A stretch of DNA of 39,079 bases from Blastococcus sp. GTDB lineage: Bacteria; Actinomycetota; Actinomycetes; Mycobacteriales; Geodermatophilaceae. The stretch lies in the NCBI GenBank assembly GCA_025963345.1, contig JAOPUS010000029.1, positions 1-39,079 on the forward strand, read 5' to 3'. Made by a program: the position numbers and the translations under genes. Of the stretch, positions 19,575-29,074 are shown piece by piece; positions within the stretch are counted from its first letter, which is position 1; each line of letters opens with the position of its first letter. The notes below the pieces were generated by a model. It saw only the letters and a list, made by a program, of their open reading frames with translations, was not told the origin of the DNA and did no database searches.

Positions 19575-19967
19575 GTAGGCGCGCGGGCCCACTGCGGGGT
19601 CCCGAGATGTCGTGGGCGATCAGCCGCAGCCACCTGCCGTGCTCGCCCCGTGCCCACGGCTCGACACCGGTCTCGTGTGTGCCGGAGACGAGTTCGTCGC
19701 GGTGCGCTGGGTCCGCGTCCGCCGGTCCATGTCGTCGACCTCGAAGGTGACATTCGCGTGCTCGCGGCCCGCTGGGGCATCCCGGGACGGGTGCGGATCA
19801 CCACGCTGGTCCCGTCCAGTCCATAGTTGACGGGCAGGATCAGCGGATGGTGCTCAGCGTTTCCCCTCGATGCGGCCGATCTCGTGGGACGCCAGGAGGC
19901 GATGGCACTCCTCGGTCGGAATGACCTGCACGGTCGGGTCGGACTCTCCGGCTGCGGTGTTCGACAT
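19575..19967 (-). pseudogene. Frameshifted pyridoxamine 5'-phosphate oxidase-like (split-barrel flavin-binding) pseudogene
   Basis: Fragments in successive frames: EECHRLLASHEIGRI / HPLILPVNYGLDGTSVVIRTRPG / EHANVTFEVDDMDRRTR / TGVEPWARGEHGRWLRLIAHDISG; the GWSV segment I expect in this family is absent; 3' boundary approximate. Confidence 0.75.
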
Positions 19968-20096
19968 GCGCCCATCCTCGCCATGACCGTCCGCCGATGC
20001 GCCGGGCAGGGCGCTGATGGGCTGGGCAGTGATGGGGTAGGCACGAAGCGGACGCGTCGTCGGCGCGCCCGGGGAACTCAGAGCCAGGAGGTTCCC

Positions 20097-21113
20097 GTGG
20101 AGGAGCAGGACTGGGTGCAGGTGGTGGCCGCGGCCACGCGGGCGCCGTCGATCCACAACACGCAGCCGTGGCGGTTCGTCGCGGCTCCGGACCGGCTCGA
20201 TGTGTACCTCGACACCGACCGCGCGCTGCCGGTCCTCGACCCGACCGGTCGACAGCAGATCATCAGCTGCGGCAGCGCCCTGGAGTTCGCCGTCGTCGCC
20301 CTGGCCGCCGCCGGGTCCGCCGCCGAGGTGGACCTGATGACCGACGACACCGATCCGGACCATCTGGCCACCGTGCGGGTGACCGGCGCTCACGAGGCTT
20401 CGGACGAGGACCGTGCCCTGGCCGCGGCGATCAACCGCCGGCACACCGTCCGGGCGCCGTTCCAGCCGCGCGCTGTGCCCGAGGAGCTGGTCGACCGCCT
20501 GCAGCGTGAGTCCGGTGCCTTCGGGACGTGGTTCAAGCCGATCTCCCGGTCGGAGGAGGAGGTCGCGACGGTCTTCCTCATCTCCCGGGCCGAGGAGATG
20601 GAGCAGAGCGACCCCGCCTACGTCGCCGAGCTGGAGAGCTGGATGCGCACCGACCCGGCCGCCGTTGACGGCGTCCCGGTGGACGCCGTCCCGGCCGAGG
20701 ACCCGCATGCCCGCCCGTCGAACTGGCTCATCCGCGACTTCGTGGTCGGCCAGCGGGAGCCGCAGCACGCCTTCCTCGAGGCCGGGGACCCCGACGCTCC
20801 GCCGCCGGACGTGGAGCGGCCGACCGTCGTCCTCATGGGCACAAACGGGGACGACCGGTACGCCTGGCTACTGTCCGGCCGGGCCCTCGGCAGGGTGCTG
20901 CTGCAGGCCACGGCCGCGGGGGTGGCGGCCTCACCGCTCACCCAGGCCCTCGACTGGCCGGCGACCCGCACCCGGATGCAGTCACGGCTGTCCCTCGTCG
21001 GGCATCCGCAGATGCTCCTGCGCATGGGGTACCCGCCCGAGACGGCCGGGCACGCGGTCAGTGGCCGCCGTCCGGTCGCCGACGTGCTGCGGTTCCTGCC
21101 CGCGGGGGGCTGA
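20097..21113 (+). CDS. Acg family FMN-binding nitroreductase-like protein
   Basis: APSIHNTQPW, DPTGR....SCG.AL, RRHT.R.PF, D.R..WL.SG.AL.RVLL.AT..G, PQMLLRMGY, RRP; SD AGGAGG. Confidence 0.9.
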   Translation: MEEQDWVQVVAAATRAPSIHNTQPWRFVAAPDRLDVYLDTDRALPVLDPTGRQQIISCGSALEFAVVALAAAGSAAEVDLMTDDTDPDHLATVRVTGAHEASDEDRALAAAINRRHTVRAPFQPRAVPEELVDRLQRESGAFGTWFKPISRSEEEVATVFLISRAEEMEQSDPAYVAELESWMRTDPAAVDGVPVDAVPAEDPHARPSNWLIRDFVVGQREPQHAFLEAGDPDAPPPDVERPTVVLMGTNGDDRYAWLLSGRALGRVLLQATAAGVAASPLTQALDWPATRTRMQSRLSLVGHPQMLLRMGYPPETAGHAVSGRRPVADVLRFLPAGG

Positions 21114-21122
21114 GCGCGCCGC

Positions 21123-21929
21123 TCAGTCCCGGCGACGCCGGGTGTGGGTCGCCCAGGGATCGTCGGTCTCCGGATCGCTCTCGCCGGGCGGATCGCCCGG
21201 GCCGGGCGCCGTCGTGCCGGCGTCCCGGCGGGCGGCTGCCTCCAGTGCGGCGTCGCGCTCGAGGGCCCGCTCGGCCCTGTCCGCCCGTGCCGCGTCGCGC
21301 TCCGCCCGCCGGTCCGGCCGGTCGGCCGACCGGGGCCCGGCGATGCGCCAGAGCATCGTCCCCGCCAGTGCCAGGCCGAGGGGGAGGACGTAGCCCGCCA
21401 CACGCTCGGTGCCCCCCTCGCCCAGGTACTCGGTGACACCGGTCAGGAAGAAGACCGTGGCGGCCGTGCCGACCAGGCCCAGCAGCGCCAGCGTCGTCCC
21501 GAGGGCCTCCGACCGGGGCCGCACGGCGTAGGCCAGCGCGATCAGCCCGAGCCCGCCGCCGACCAGGTACGCGACGGCTCCGATCGCGTGCACCAGCGAG
21601 TTGCCGTCGGTCGGGAAGACCCCGACGAGCAGGACCCCGACCGCGGCGGCACCCAGCAGCACCGGCGCGACCTGCGCGGCCCCACGCAGCAGCACCGGCC
21701 GGAGCAGCAGTGTGCCGGCCAGGATGAGTGCCGCCTGCACCACGAACGAGGCGTTCATCAGCTGGTGCGCGGCTGAATCGCTCGCGCCGAGAGCACTGAT
21801 GACGTCGTCGGTGCGCGAGTAGGCGCCCTCATAGCGGGACTGGGCGATCGTCTCCACGAGGAAGAACTGCAGCGTCAGCAGCCAGGCCAGAGCACCCCAG
21901 CGGAGGCGGTTCGGGTTCACGGCATCCAT
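21123..21929 (-). CDS. DUF998 family membrane protein
   Basis: YS...D.ISALG, MNASF, VGVFP.D, H, G..ER; charged C-terminal tail; start 21929 or 21920. Confidence 0.75.
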   Translation of the reverse strand: MDAVNPNRLRWGALAWLLTLQFFLVETIAQSRYEGAYSRTDDVISALGASDSAAHQLMNASFVVQAALILAGTLLLRPVLLRGAAQVAPVLLGAAAVGVLLVGVFPTDGNSLVHAIGAVAYLVGGGLGLIALAYAVRPRSEALGTTLALLGLVGTAATVFFLTGVTEYLGEGGTERVAGYVLPLGLALAGTMLWRIAGPRSADRPDRRAERDAARADRAERALERDAALEAAARRDAGTTAPGPGDPPGESDPETDDPWATHTRRRRD

Positions 21930-22369
21930 GCTCCCAGGCCGGCGGCAGGCTCCCGGGCCTGGATCCGGGCGAGGACGGCGTCGTACTGCGGCCGGGAGAG
22001 CCAGGACGGGTTGCTCCCCGCCGGCATGCGGAGCACCTCGGCGTCGCGGGCGCCGGGGTCGGCCAGCAGTTCCGCGCGGTCGACCGGTTCGGCCAGCAGC
22101 GTCAGGCGCACGGACACGACCGGTCCGGAGCTGTCCCGCTTCGGCGGCCCGGACAGTTCGCCCAGGGCGTGCACCCCCGGCCGGTCGCGGCCACTCAGCC
22201 ACAGCACGCACGGCTGACCGGCAGCCATCAGGTCCAGCCGGTACGACGGGCGCAGGCACCGGGGCAGCTGCTGCTCGGTGCCGGGGCGCCAGCCGGGGAC
22301 GAGGTCTGACGGTGGTCGGCTCGTCTTCACCACCCAGCAGGCGACATCGTCGCGAGTCAGTCTTCTCAC
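21917..22369 (-). CDS. EVE (PUA-like) domain protein
   Basis: CWVVK; M..G....LW.SG...PGV.A.G; L..PV.R.EL...P.....VLR pattern resembles the EVE domain; start uncertain. Confidence 0.55.
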   Translation of the reverse strand: MRRLTRDDVACWVVKTSRPPSDLVPGWRPGTEQQLPRCLRPSYRLDLMAAGQPCVLWLSGRDRPGVHALGELSGPPKRDSSGPVVSVRLTLLAEPVDRAELLADPGARDAEVLRMPAGSNPSWLSRPQYDAVLARIQAREPAAGLGAWMP

Positions 22370-22519
22370 GGGAGAAGAGAACCAGTCGATCGCCACCGGC
22401 ACCCGCTCGGAGGGGGACCCATGGGGGTGCTCTTTGCGTAGACCAGAGGCAGGCCTCGCCGGGTAGCGGGAGGCTTGGTGGGCCAATGCTTGGGCCGCCA
22501 CGCGTTCTACGCTGGAGTG

Positions 22520-23035
22520 GTGACGATCAGTGAGACGCCTCAGCCTCCTGTCGATTCCGGGGACATGCTCGCCCTGGAGCGGCAGGTGTGTTTCGCCCTG
22601 TCCGTGGCCGCTCGCAACGTGGTCGCCGTCTACCGGCCCGTGCTCGAGCCGCTCGGGCTGACCCATCCGCAGTACCTGGTGATGCTGGCGCTGTGGCAGC
22701 ACGGGCCGCTGTCGGTCAAGGAGCTGTCCGGTCTGCTGCAGTTGGACCCTGGCACCCTCTCGCCGCTGCTCAAGCGGCTGGAGGCGGCCGGACTGCTTCG
22801 CCGGGAGCGTGATCCGAAGGACCAGCGGAACCTGGCGCTGGCCCTGACCGACAAGGGCAAGGCGCTACGCGCCGAGGCGGAGATGATCCCCGCCGGCATC
22901 GTCGAGCGTCTCGGCATGCCGATCGAGGAGCTGATGTCGCTGCACGTGGCACTGACCCGGGTGATCGCCGCCTCCCAGCAGGCCTTGGCGCCCCCCGCCG
23001 TGGGGGGTGGGCCACCGGAGACCACGGTTGCCTGA
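22520..23035 (+). CDS. MarR family regulator (OhrR-like sequence)
   Basis: LERQVCFAL, YRP.LEPLGLTHPQYLVMLALW, TLSPLLKRLE..GL..R.RD..D.R; start 22517, 22520 or 22565. Confidence 0.93.
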   Translation: MTISETPQPPVDSGDMLALERQVCFALSVAARNVVAVYRPVLEPLGLTHPQYLVMLALWQHGPLSVKELSGLLQLDPGTLSPLLKRLEAAGLLRRERDPKDQRNLALALTDKGKALRAEAEMIPAGIVERLGMPIEELMSLHVALTRVIAASQQALAPPAVGGGPPETTVA

Positions 23036-23046
23036 CCCGGAGCCTT

Positions 23047-23076
23047 TGTTAGTCCGCTAACAGTTGGTGCCCCAAC
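23047..23076. promoter_or_regulatory. Two tandem palindromic operator boxes GTTRG-N4-CYAAC
   Basis: TGTTAG-TCCG-CTAACA (23047-23062) and GTTGG-TGCC-CCAAC (23063-23076). Confidence 0.55.
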
Positions 23077-23143
23077 CCTTCGCGTGCATGGCATTGCGGG
23101 GGACCATGAAGGTGTGAGCCACATCGACCAGGAGAGAGTCGTC

Positions 23144-23602
23144 ATGGGAGGTCCGGAAGCGGATCGCGGAGCGCCGGCCGAGCCCATCGTTCGTCCGGCC
23201 CCACACCGGTGGTTCTGGTACGCCCTTGGTGGCGGGCTGCCCGAGCGCAACCGCGGCTGGGTGTTGCACGACACCACGACCGGCACCTGGTGGCTGCGCC
23301 ACATCGCACGCACACTCGTCCAGGTCGCCATTCCCATCGGCCTGGTGATGGCGCTGCTGCCCGCCGGGTGGGGTCTGCGCGCGGCCGCAGCGGGCGGCGG
23401 GTTGGCCCTCGCGCTGTTCTACTCCCTGGCCTACATGTTCGAGACCACCGAGAACCGGGTCGTGAAGGCCGGCTACCCGGCGGGTACCGCGACCGCACAT
23501 CGGGAACGCGCCGGCCTGGGGCGGCAGCAACGGGAGAGCCAGCGCAAGCGGGCCGCCGCGGCCAAACGCGCCGCCCGCTACCGCAACCGCGCCGGCCACT
23601 GA
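23144..23602 (+). CDS. DUF5313 family membrane protein
   Basis: RP.P.RWFWY..GG.LP.R.R.WVLHD.T..TW.LRH motif, two TM helices; start 23114 or 23144. Confidence 0.75.
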   Translation: MGGPEADRGAPAEPIVRPAPHRWFWYALGGGLPERNRGWVLHDTTTGTWWLRHIARTLVQVAIPIGLVMALLPAGWGLRAAAAGGGLALALFYSLAYMFETTENRVVKAGYPAGTATAHRERAGLGRQQRESQRKRAAAAKRAARYRNRAGH

Positions 23603-23630
23603 CCGACGGGGACAGCCGGGAACGGCGACC

Positions 23631-23648
23631 GGCCGGTTCGGACCGGCC
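23631..23648. terminator. Small hairpin between convergent genes
   Basis: GGCCGGT-TCGG-ACCGGCC. Confidence 0.35.
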
Positions 23649-23661
23649 CAACCCCCGTGGG

Positions 23662-23985
23662 TCAGCGCGGCTCGAGGCGGGCCGCGGGCAGCCAGGCCTC
23701 GACGAGCACCGGGCCGTGCGGTCCGGTGACGGTGTAGGCCACCCGGCCCTGCCAGGCGCCGCCCCGCTGTCGCCACTCGACGAGCAGGCCCGGCCACGTG
23801 CCAGGGAACTCCGGAGGGTCGCGTACCCAGCAGTGCCGGCCCGTCCCGCCGTCGCCGGCAGCGGCGTAGGACTGGCCGGGGTCCGGGGCGGCGGTGGGCG
23901 CCGGCACCTCGGCGCGGATCCCGGAGGCCGCCGCCCGCTCGCCGAGGGAGCGACCCCCTCGCCCTGGAGTCATTCCGCCGGCCAT
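23662..23985 (-). CDS. Hypothetical protein with a Trp-rich beta domain, putatively LexA-regulated
   Basis: RHCWV..P......PGLLVEWR.....W.GRV.Y.....LVEAWLPA..L pattern; SOS box 21 nt upstream. Confidence 0.7.
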   Translation of the reverse strand: MAGGMTPGRGGRSLGERAAASGIRAEVPAPTAAPDPGQSYAAAGDGGTGRHCWVRDPPEFPGTWPGLLVEWRQRGGAWQGRVAYTVTGPHGPVLVEAWLPAARLEPR

Positions 23986-24006
23986 GGCAGCAGTCTCGCA
24001 CGGCAG

Positions 24007-24022
24007 TCGAACATGCGTTCGA
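24007..24022. promoter_or_regulatory. LexA binding site (SOS box)
   Basis: TCGAAC-ATGC-GTTCGA, exact match to the actinobacterial consensus TCGAAC-N4-GTTCGA. Confidence 0.85.
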
Positions 24023-24039
24023 GGACACCCGCCGCGGGA

Positions 24040-25881
24040 TCAGTCGGCGGCAGGCCGCCCCGAGACGCCGTCGGCGAGGGTCCGGGCGACGGTCTGAACG
24101 AGGGCATGCGCGGCCAGATCGTCCACGAGGACCGACAGCGGCAGCGACCAGTTCGGCCGGTCGCCGGCGCCGGGCATGTTGGGCCGCCGCAGTTCGCCGA
24201 TCGCGTCCTCCAGAGTCGCCGACAGCAGCATGGACGGAGCCCGGGCCAGCAGCCGATGCGCCTGCTCCACCGCCTGCTCGACCGGCGCGTCGTCGGGCAG
24301 CCCGGGCACGTGCGCCAGCAGCGACGTCCGGCCGCGCTCGAGCTCCTCCTCGGTCCCGGTGCCGTACTCGCGCTGCTCCTCGACGTCCTTCCCCGTCCAG
24401 AGCCCGGCGACCGTCGGCAGGTCGTGCGTGGTGATGGCAGCCATGGCCTCGGCCGGCCACTCGGCGGGGGCGTCGTCCTCGAACCAGAGCAGCCGGTAGG
24501 AGAGGACGCCGTGCTCGGCCATGGCCTCGCGGACGCCGTCCTCCACCGTGCCGAGGTCCTCGCCGACCACGAGCGCCTGCGCTCGGTGGCTCTCCAGCGC
24601 CACGATGTCCAGCAGGTCCTCCGACGGGTACCGGACGTAGGCGCCGTCGGCCGCCGATCCGCCGGCCGGCACCCACCAGAGCCGGAAGAGCCCCATGACG
24701 TGGTCGATCCGCAGGCCGCCGGCGCCGGCCATCGTGGCGCGGATCGACTGGATGAACGGCTCGTAGTCCGCGTCCCGCAGCCGCCAGGGGGTCAGCGGCG
24801 GGGAGCCCCAGTCCTGGCCCTGGGAGTTGAACGCGTCCGGGGGCGCGCCGACGCTGACCCCCTCGGCGAGCACCTCCTGCCAGGCCCAGGCATCCGCGCC
24901 GCCTCCGGCGACGCCGATCGGCAGGTCCTGGATGACGGTCATGCCGTGGGTGGCGGCGGTGAACTGCAGCTCCAGCGCCCACTGCAACCAGGCGTGGAAG
25001 GCGACGACGGCGCCGTGCTGCTCGACGTAGCGGGCGAGCTCCGGGCCCTGGGGACGACGCAGCTCCTCGGGCCAGGTGTGCCAGTCGCCGCCGTGCTCCT
25101 CGGCGATCGCGGCCCAGGTCGCCCAGTCCTGCAGCGTCTGCCCCTGCTCCTCCCGCCACCGGGTGAACGCCTCGCCGCCACCGTGGGCGAAGAAGATGCG
25201 CATCAGCACCTCGCGCTTGCGGGCCCAGATCGCGTCGCGGTCGATCAGTGGCCCCTCGGACAGCGCCCGCCCGGTGTCTTCCTCGAGGTCGACCGCCTCG
25301 GCGCCGGGCACCTCGGAGACCCGCAGGTAGATCGGATTCCGGAAGCGGCGGGTGGCCGGCAGGTAGGGGCTGGCCTCCTGCCCGGCGGTCGGGGCGACGG
25401 CGTGCAGGGGGTTGATCAGCAGGAATCCGGCGCCCTGGTCGGCGGCCATCCGCCGGACGGCACGGAGGTCGGCGAGGTCGCCGATGCCCCAGCTCGCCCG
25501 GCTCCGGGTCGCGTAGAGCTGCACCGCCCAGCCCCAGGCGCGGTCGTCGGGCAGCCAGCAGCGGCCGGGGGAGACGATCAGCCGGCGCCGGCGGCCCTCG
25601 GGGGACTGCAGCCAGTGGTAGCCGAGCGGGAAGTCGGCCGGCAGCTCGCCGTCGACGTGCCGCACCTCGCCGTCCTCGCAGACGACGTCGGCCTCGTCGA
25701 CCTCCAGCGAGTCGCCGGGGCGGGCGACGATCGGTGCGCGCTCCTCGAGGTCGGCCGGTGGTGTGCCGATCACCTCGCGAAGACGGTCGATGGTGACCGG
25801 TGCGACGTGGTGCTCCTTGTCCAGCGCGTCCAGCCAGCTCGCGTCGATGCCCCACTCGTCGGTGGTCGGTGTCGGTGTCAC
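24040..25881 (-). CDS. malQ: 4-alpha-glucanotransferase (amylomaltase, GH77)
   Basis: WG..VQLYA.RS..SWGIGD, NPLH, SPY.P, DLPIG, GAPPD.F...GQDWG.PP, RIDHVMGL.RLW, GEDLG, THD, NMPG....PNW. Confidence 0.95.
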   Translation of the reverse strand: MTPTPTTDEWGIDASWLDALDKEHHVAPVTIDRLREVIGTPPADLEERAPIVARPGDSLEVDEADVVCEDGEVRHVDGELPADFPLGYHWLQSPEGRRRRLIVSPGRCWLPDDRAWGWAVQLYATRSRASWGIGDLADLRAVRRMAADQGAGFLLINPLHAVAPTAGQEASPYLPATRRFRNPIYLRVSEVPGAEAVDLEEDTGRALSEGPLIDRDAIWARKREVLMRIFFAHGGGEAFTRWREEQGQTLQDWATWAAIAEEHGGDWHTWPEELRRPQGPELARYVEQHGAVVAFHAWLQWALELQFTAATHGMTVIQDLPIGVAGGGADAWAWQEVLAEGVSVGAPPDAFNSQGQDWGSPPLTPWRLRDADYEPFIQSIRATMAGAGGLRIDHVMGLFRLWWVPAGGSAADGAYVRYPSEDLLDIVALESHRAQALVVGEDLGTVEDGVREAMAEHGVLSYRLLWFEDDAPAEWPAEAMAAITTHDLPTVAGLWTGKDVEEQREYGTGTEEELERGRTSLLAHVPGLPDDAPVEQAVEQAHRLLARAPSMLLSATLEDAIGELRRPNMPGAGDRPNWSLPLSVLVDDLAAHALVQTVARTLADGVSGRPAAD

Positions 25882-25918
25882 CTGAAGATCCTCGCCGGGG
25901 CGCGGGAAGCCTGCAGCC

Positions 25919-28396
25919 TCAGAGGCGCGGCCTGGCCCGCTTCGTGGCCGATGCCACTGCCGGGTCCTCCGGCCACGGGTGGCGGGGGTAGCGGCCACGC
26001 AGCTCGCTGCGGACGGCGGGGTAGCCGGTGACCCAGAACCCGGCGAGGTCCGCGGTCGTGGCGACGACCCGCTGGGCGGGGGACAGCAGTTGCAGCCGCA
26101 GCGGACGGCCGGCGATCAGCGGTGCCTGCGCCCAGCCGAACACCTCCTGCACCCGCACCGAGAGCGTCGGGACGTCCGGATCGGCGTAGTCGATCCGGAT
26201 CCGGGAGCCGGTGGGGACCGCGACCCGTTCGGGCACGACGACGTCGAGTTCACCGGCGACCTGCCACGGGACCAGCGCACGCAGGGCCGCGACGACGTCC
26301 AGGCGGGTGAGGTCGGCGCGGCTGCGAGCACTCGACACGTCGATCGCGGCGAGCAGCACCTCGTCGTCGACGGCCGGCCACGGATTCCCGAGCCCGGCGT
26401 GTGCCGCCGCCAAGCGGGCCCGTAGCTGGAGTGCGGCAGGCGTCCAGTTCAACAGGCCGAGCCCCTCGAGGCGCAGACCCTCGGCGACCGCGACGGCCAC
26501 GTCGGCCGGGTCGGGATCGGGTAGTGGCCGCTCGGCCAGCACGATCGCGCCCAGCCGCTCCACGCGCGCGCTGTACACGTCGCCGTTGCGCCAGGTCACC
26601 TCAGTGCGCTCCATGTGCAGCGCGGTCCCGGCCTCCAGTGCGGTCGCCTCGTCGATCGCGACGGCCGACCGAACCCGCGCGTCGCGGTGGCCGGGGGACC
26701 GGTCGGCGACGGCGATCGCCAGCCACGGGGCCCCGGTCAGCGCTGTCCCGGGTGACAGCTCGGCGCCCGTTCCGGCGGCCATGAGATAGGTGCCGGTGCT
26801 GCCCGGCCGGCACCGGGCGAGCCGCTCGGGGTGGGCCAGCCCGACCACCAGGCCGGCGGCGGTGTCGTCGGGCAGGCGAGGGGAGGCGGCATTCTCGGCG
26901 GCACGCTCGAGCCGAACCACCTCCTCCCGCCAGCGGGCGGTGGCGCCGCGGTCCGAGCCGTCGCGCAGGCTCCGCCAGGCAGCGCCGAGATCATCACTGC
27001 GGAAGGACGTGTCACCGGAGAGCAGCGCAACGACCTCGGCCGCTCGGCGGCGGCCGACCAGCGGGGCGCCGTCGAGCAGTGCGCGGGCCAGCCGTGGGTG
27101 CACGCCGACGGCGGTCAGGGCCCGCCCCCGTGCGGTCGAGCGGCCCGCGTCGTCCACCGCGCCGAGGCTCCGCAGGGTCTGCTCGGCGACGGCCAGCGCT
27201 GCCGCCGGAGGAGGATCGAGGAGGTCCAGGCCCCGGCCGCCGGGCGCACCCCAGCACGCCAGCTCGAGCGCGAAGGCGGTGAGGTCGGCGGTGGTGACCT
27301 CCGGCTCGTCATACGCGGGGAGCCTGTCCTGCTCGGCGGCCGTCCAGCAGCGGTAGACCGCACCCGGTCCCTCCCGGCCGGCCCGGCCGGCGCGTTGGGT
27401 GACCGCCGCTCGCGAGGCGCGCACGGTGGCCAGCGAACCCAGCCCCCGGGACAGGTCGGCCCGCGGGACCCGGGAGAGGCCGGCGTCGACGACGACGCGG
27501 ACGCCCGGCACGGTCAGGCTGCTCTCCGCGAGGGCAGTGGCCAGGACGACCCGACGGCGTGACCCGGCCTGGAGCGCAGCGTCCTGTGCCGCGGCCGGGA
27601 GCCGGCCGTGCAGCGGCAGTACGTCGGCGTCGATCCCGCGCAGCCGGCCGGCGACCGTACCGATCTCGCCGACGCCCGGTAGGAAGACCAGTACGTCGCC
27701 GGACTGTTCGACGAGCGCCCTTCTGATGGTCGCGGCGACGTGCGCGAGCAGCCGCTGGTCGACCCGGCTGCCGTGCGGTGGGTCGACCGGCGTGGACGGC
27801 GGGGCCCAGATGACGTCCACGTCGTGAAGCGCGCCGGTGGCCTCGACGACCGGCGCCGGGTCCCCGTCCCCGCCGAGCAGAGCCGCCAGCCGCTGCGCCT
27901 GAGCCGTCGCCGACATGGCGAGCAGCTGTAGGCCCGGGCGCAGCGCGTCTCGTACGTCGAGACAGAAGGCGAGCGCAAGGTCGGTGTCCAGACGCCTTTC
28001 GTGGCACTCGTCGAGGACGACGGCGTCCACCCCGGGTAGCTCCGGGTCGGCCTGCAGCCGACGGACGAGGAGCCCGGTGGTGACCACTTCGATGCGGGTC
28101 GCGGCGCTGCGCCGGCTGTCCCCGCGGACGCTGTAACCCACCCGCCCGCCGACGGTTTCACCCAGCAGCGCGGCCATCCGGCGCGCGGCGGCGCGGGCGG
28201 CTACCCGGCGCGGCTCGGCGACGACGATGCGCCCCGGCATCAGGCCGGCCAGGGCGAGCGGGACGAGCGTCGTCTTCCCTGTGCCGGGCGGGGCCACGAG
28301 CACGGCGGCCCCCCAGGCCGACAGAGCGTCAGCGAGCGCGGGCAGCGCGGAGCGGACCGGTAGGTCGGTCCCCGGCGTCCCGGGCGGTGGCAGCAC
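25919..28396 (-). CDS. hrpB: ATP-dependent RNA helicase HrpB
   Basis: PGTGKTT, EPRRVAA, DECHER, MSAT, ESSLTVPGV, QRAGRAGR, C-terminal LLSPA...DL..FW...Y..VR.EL.GRYPRHPWP.DP; start approximate. Confidence 0.95.
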   Translation of the reverse strand: MLPPPGTPGTDLPVRSALPALADALSAWGAAVLVAPPGTGKTTLVPLALAGLMPGRIVVAEPRRVAARAAARRMAALLGETVGGRVGYSVRGDSRRSAATRIEVVTTGLLVRRLQADPELPGVDAVVLDECHERRLDTDLALAFCLDVRDALRPGLQLLAMSATAQAQRLAALLGGDGDPAPVVEATGALHDVDVIWAPPSTPVDPPHGSRVDQRLLAHVAATIRRALVEQSGDVLVFLPGVGEIGTVAGRLRGIDADVLPLHGRLPAAAQDAALQAGSRRRVVLATALAESSLTVPGVRVVVDAGLSRVPRADLSRGLGSLATVRASRAAVTQRAGRAGREGPGAVYRCWTAAEQDRLPAYDEPEVTTADLTAFALELACWGAPGGRGLDLLDPPPAAALAVAEQTLRSLGAVDDAGRSTARGRALTAVGVHPRLARALLDGAPLVGRRRAAEVVALLSGDTSFRSDDLGAAWRSLRDGSDRGATARWREEVVRLERAAENAASPRLPDDTAAGLVVGLAHPERLARCRPGSTGTYLMAAGTGAELSPGTALTGAPWLAIAVADRSPGHRDARVRSAVAIDEATALEAGTALHMERTEVTWRNGDVYSARVERLGAIVLAERPLPDPDPADVAVAVAEGLRLEGLGLLNWTPAALQLRARLAAAHAGLGNPWPAVDDEVLLAAIDVSSARSRADLTRLDVVAALRALVPWQVAGELDVVVPERVAVPTGSRIRIDYADPDVPTLSVRVQEVFGWAQAPLIAGRPLRLQLLSPAQRVVATTADLAGFWVTGYPAVRSELRGRYPRHPWPEDPAVASATKRARPRL

Positions 28397-28444
28397 GGGA
28401 CCAGTCTCGCGTGCGCCGTTCTGCCGGTGCGCGACGATGGCACC

Positions 28445-29074
28445 GTGACCCTCGGTGCGGCCGTGCTCTCCTTCGCCGTCGTGGCCATGGCCCTGACCGT
28501 GACACCGGGGCTGGACACGGCGCTGGTGCTTCGGGCAGCGCTCACGCGCAGCCGCCGGGAGGCCGCGGCCGCCGCCGGGGGGATCGTGGCCGGGCTGTTC
28601 GTGTGGGGCGCGGCCGCGGCGGTCGGGGTGTCTGCCCTGCTGACGGTGTCCGAGCTGGCCTACGACGTGCTGCGCTACGCCGGGGCGGCCTACCTGGCGT
28701 GGTTCGGCGGCCGTCTGCTCGTCCGCGCGCTTCGCCCCGGGCCCGGCGACCAACCGGAGGGTGCGGCCGACGGCTCGGCGTGGCGGGCGGCGCGGACCGG
28801 CCTGGCCACCAACCTGCTGAACCCGAAGGTCGGGGTCTTCTACGTCGCGCTGCTACCGCAGTTCCTCCCGGCCGGCAGCGACCCGCTGCTGGTCGGGCTA
28901 CTCCTCGCCGGCGTCCACGCGCTGCTGTCCGTCGTCTGGTTCGCGCTGCTGATCGGACTGGCGTCGGCGCTCAGCCGGTGGTTGCGCCGCCCGGCAACGG
29001 TCCGGGCGATCGACGGCGCCACGGGCGCCACGCTCGTGGGTTTCGGCGTGCGGCTGGCGTTCGCCGGTCGCTGA
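28445..29074 (+). CDS. LysE family translocator
   Basis: TPGLDTALV, GAAYL..FG, TNLLNPK. Confidence 0.92.
   Translation: MTLGAAVLSFAVVAMALTVTPGLDTALVLRAALTRSRREAAAAAGGIVAGLFVWGAAAAVGVSALLTVSELAYDVLRYAGAAYLAWFGGRLLVRALRPGPGDQPEGAADGSAWRAARTGLATNLLNPKVGVFYVALLPQFLPAGSDPLLVGLLLAGVHALLSVVWFALLIGLASALSRWLRRPATVRAIDGATGATLVGFGVRLAFAGR

Noticed and set aside
19968-20096. DosR boxes between the pseudogene and acg
   Set aside because: No convincing GGGAC-N4-GTCCC-type palindrome seen.
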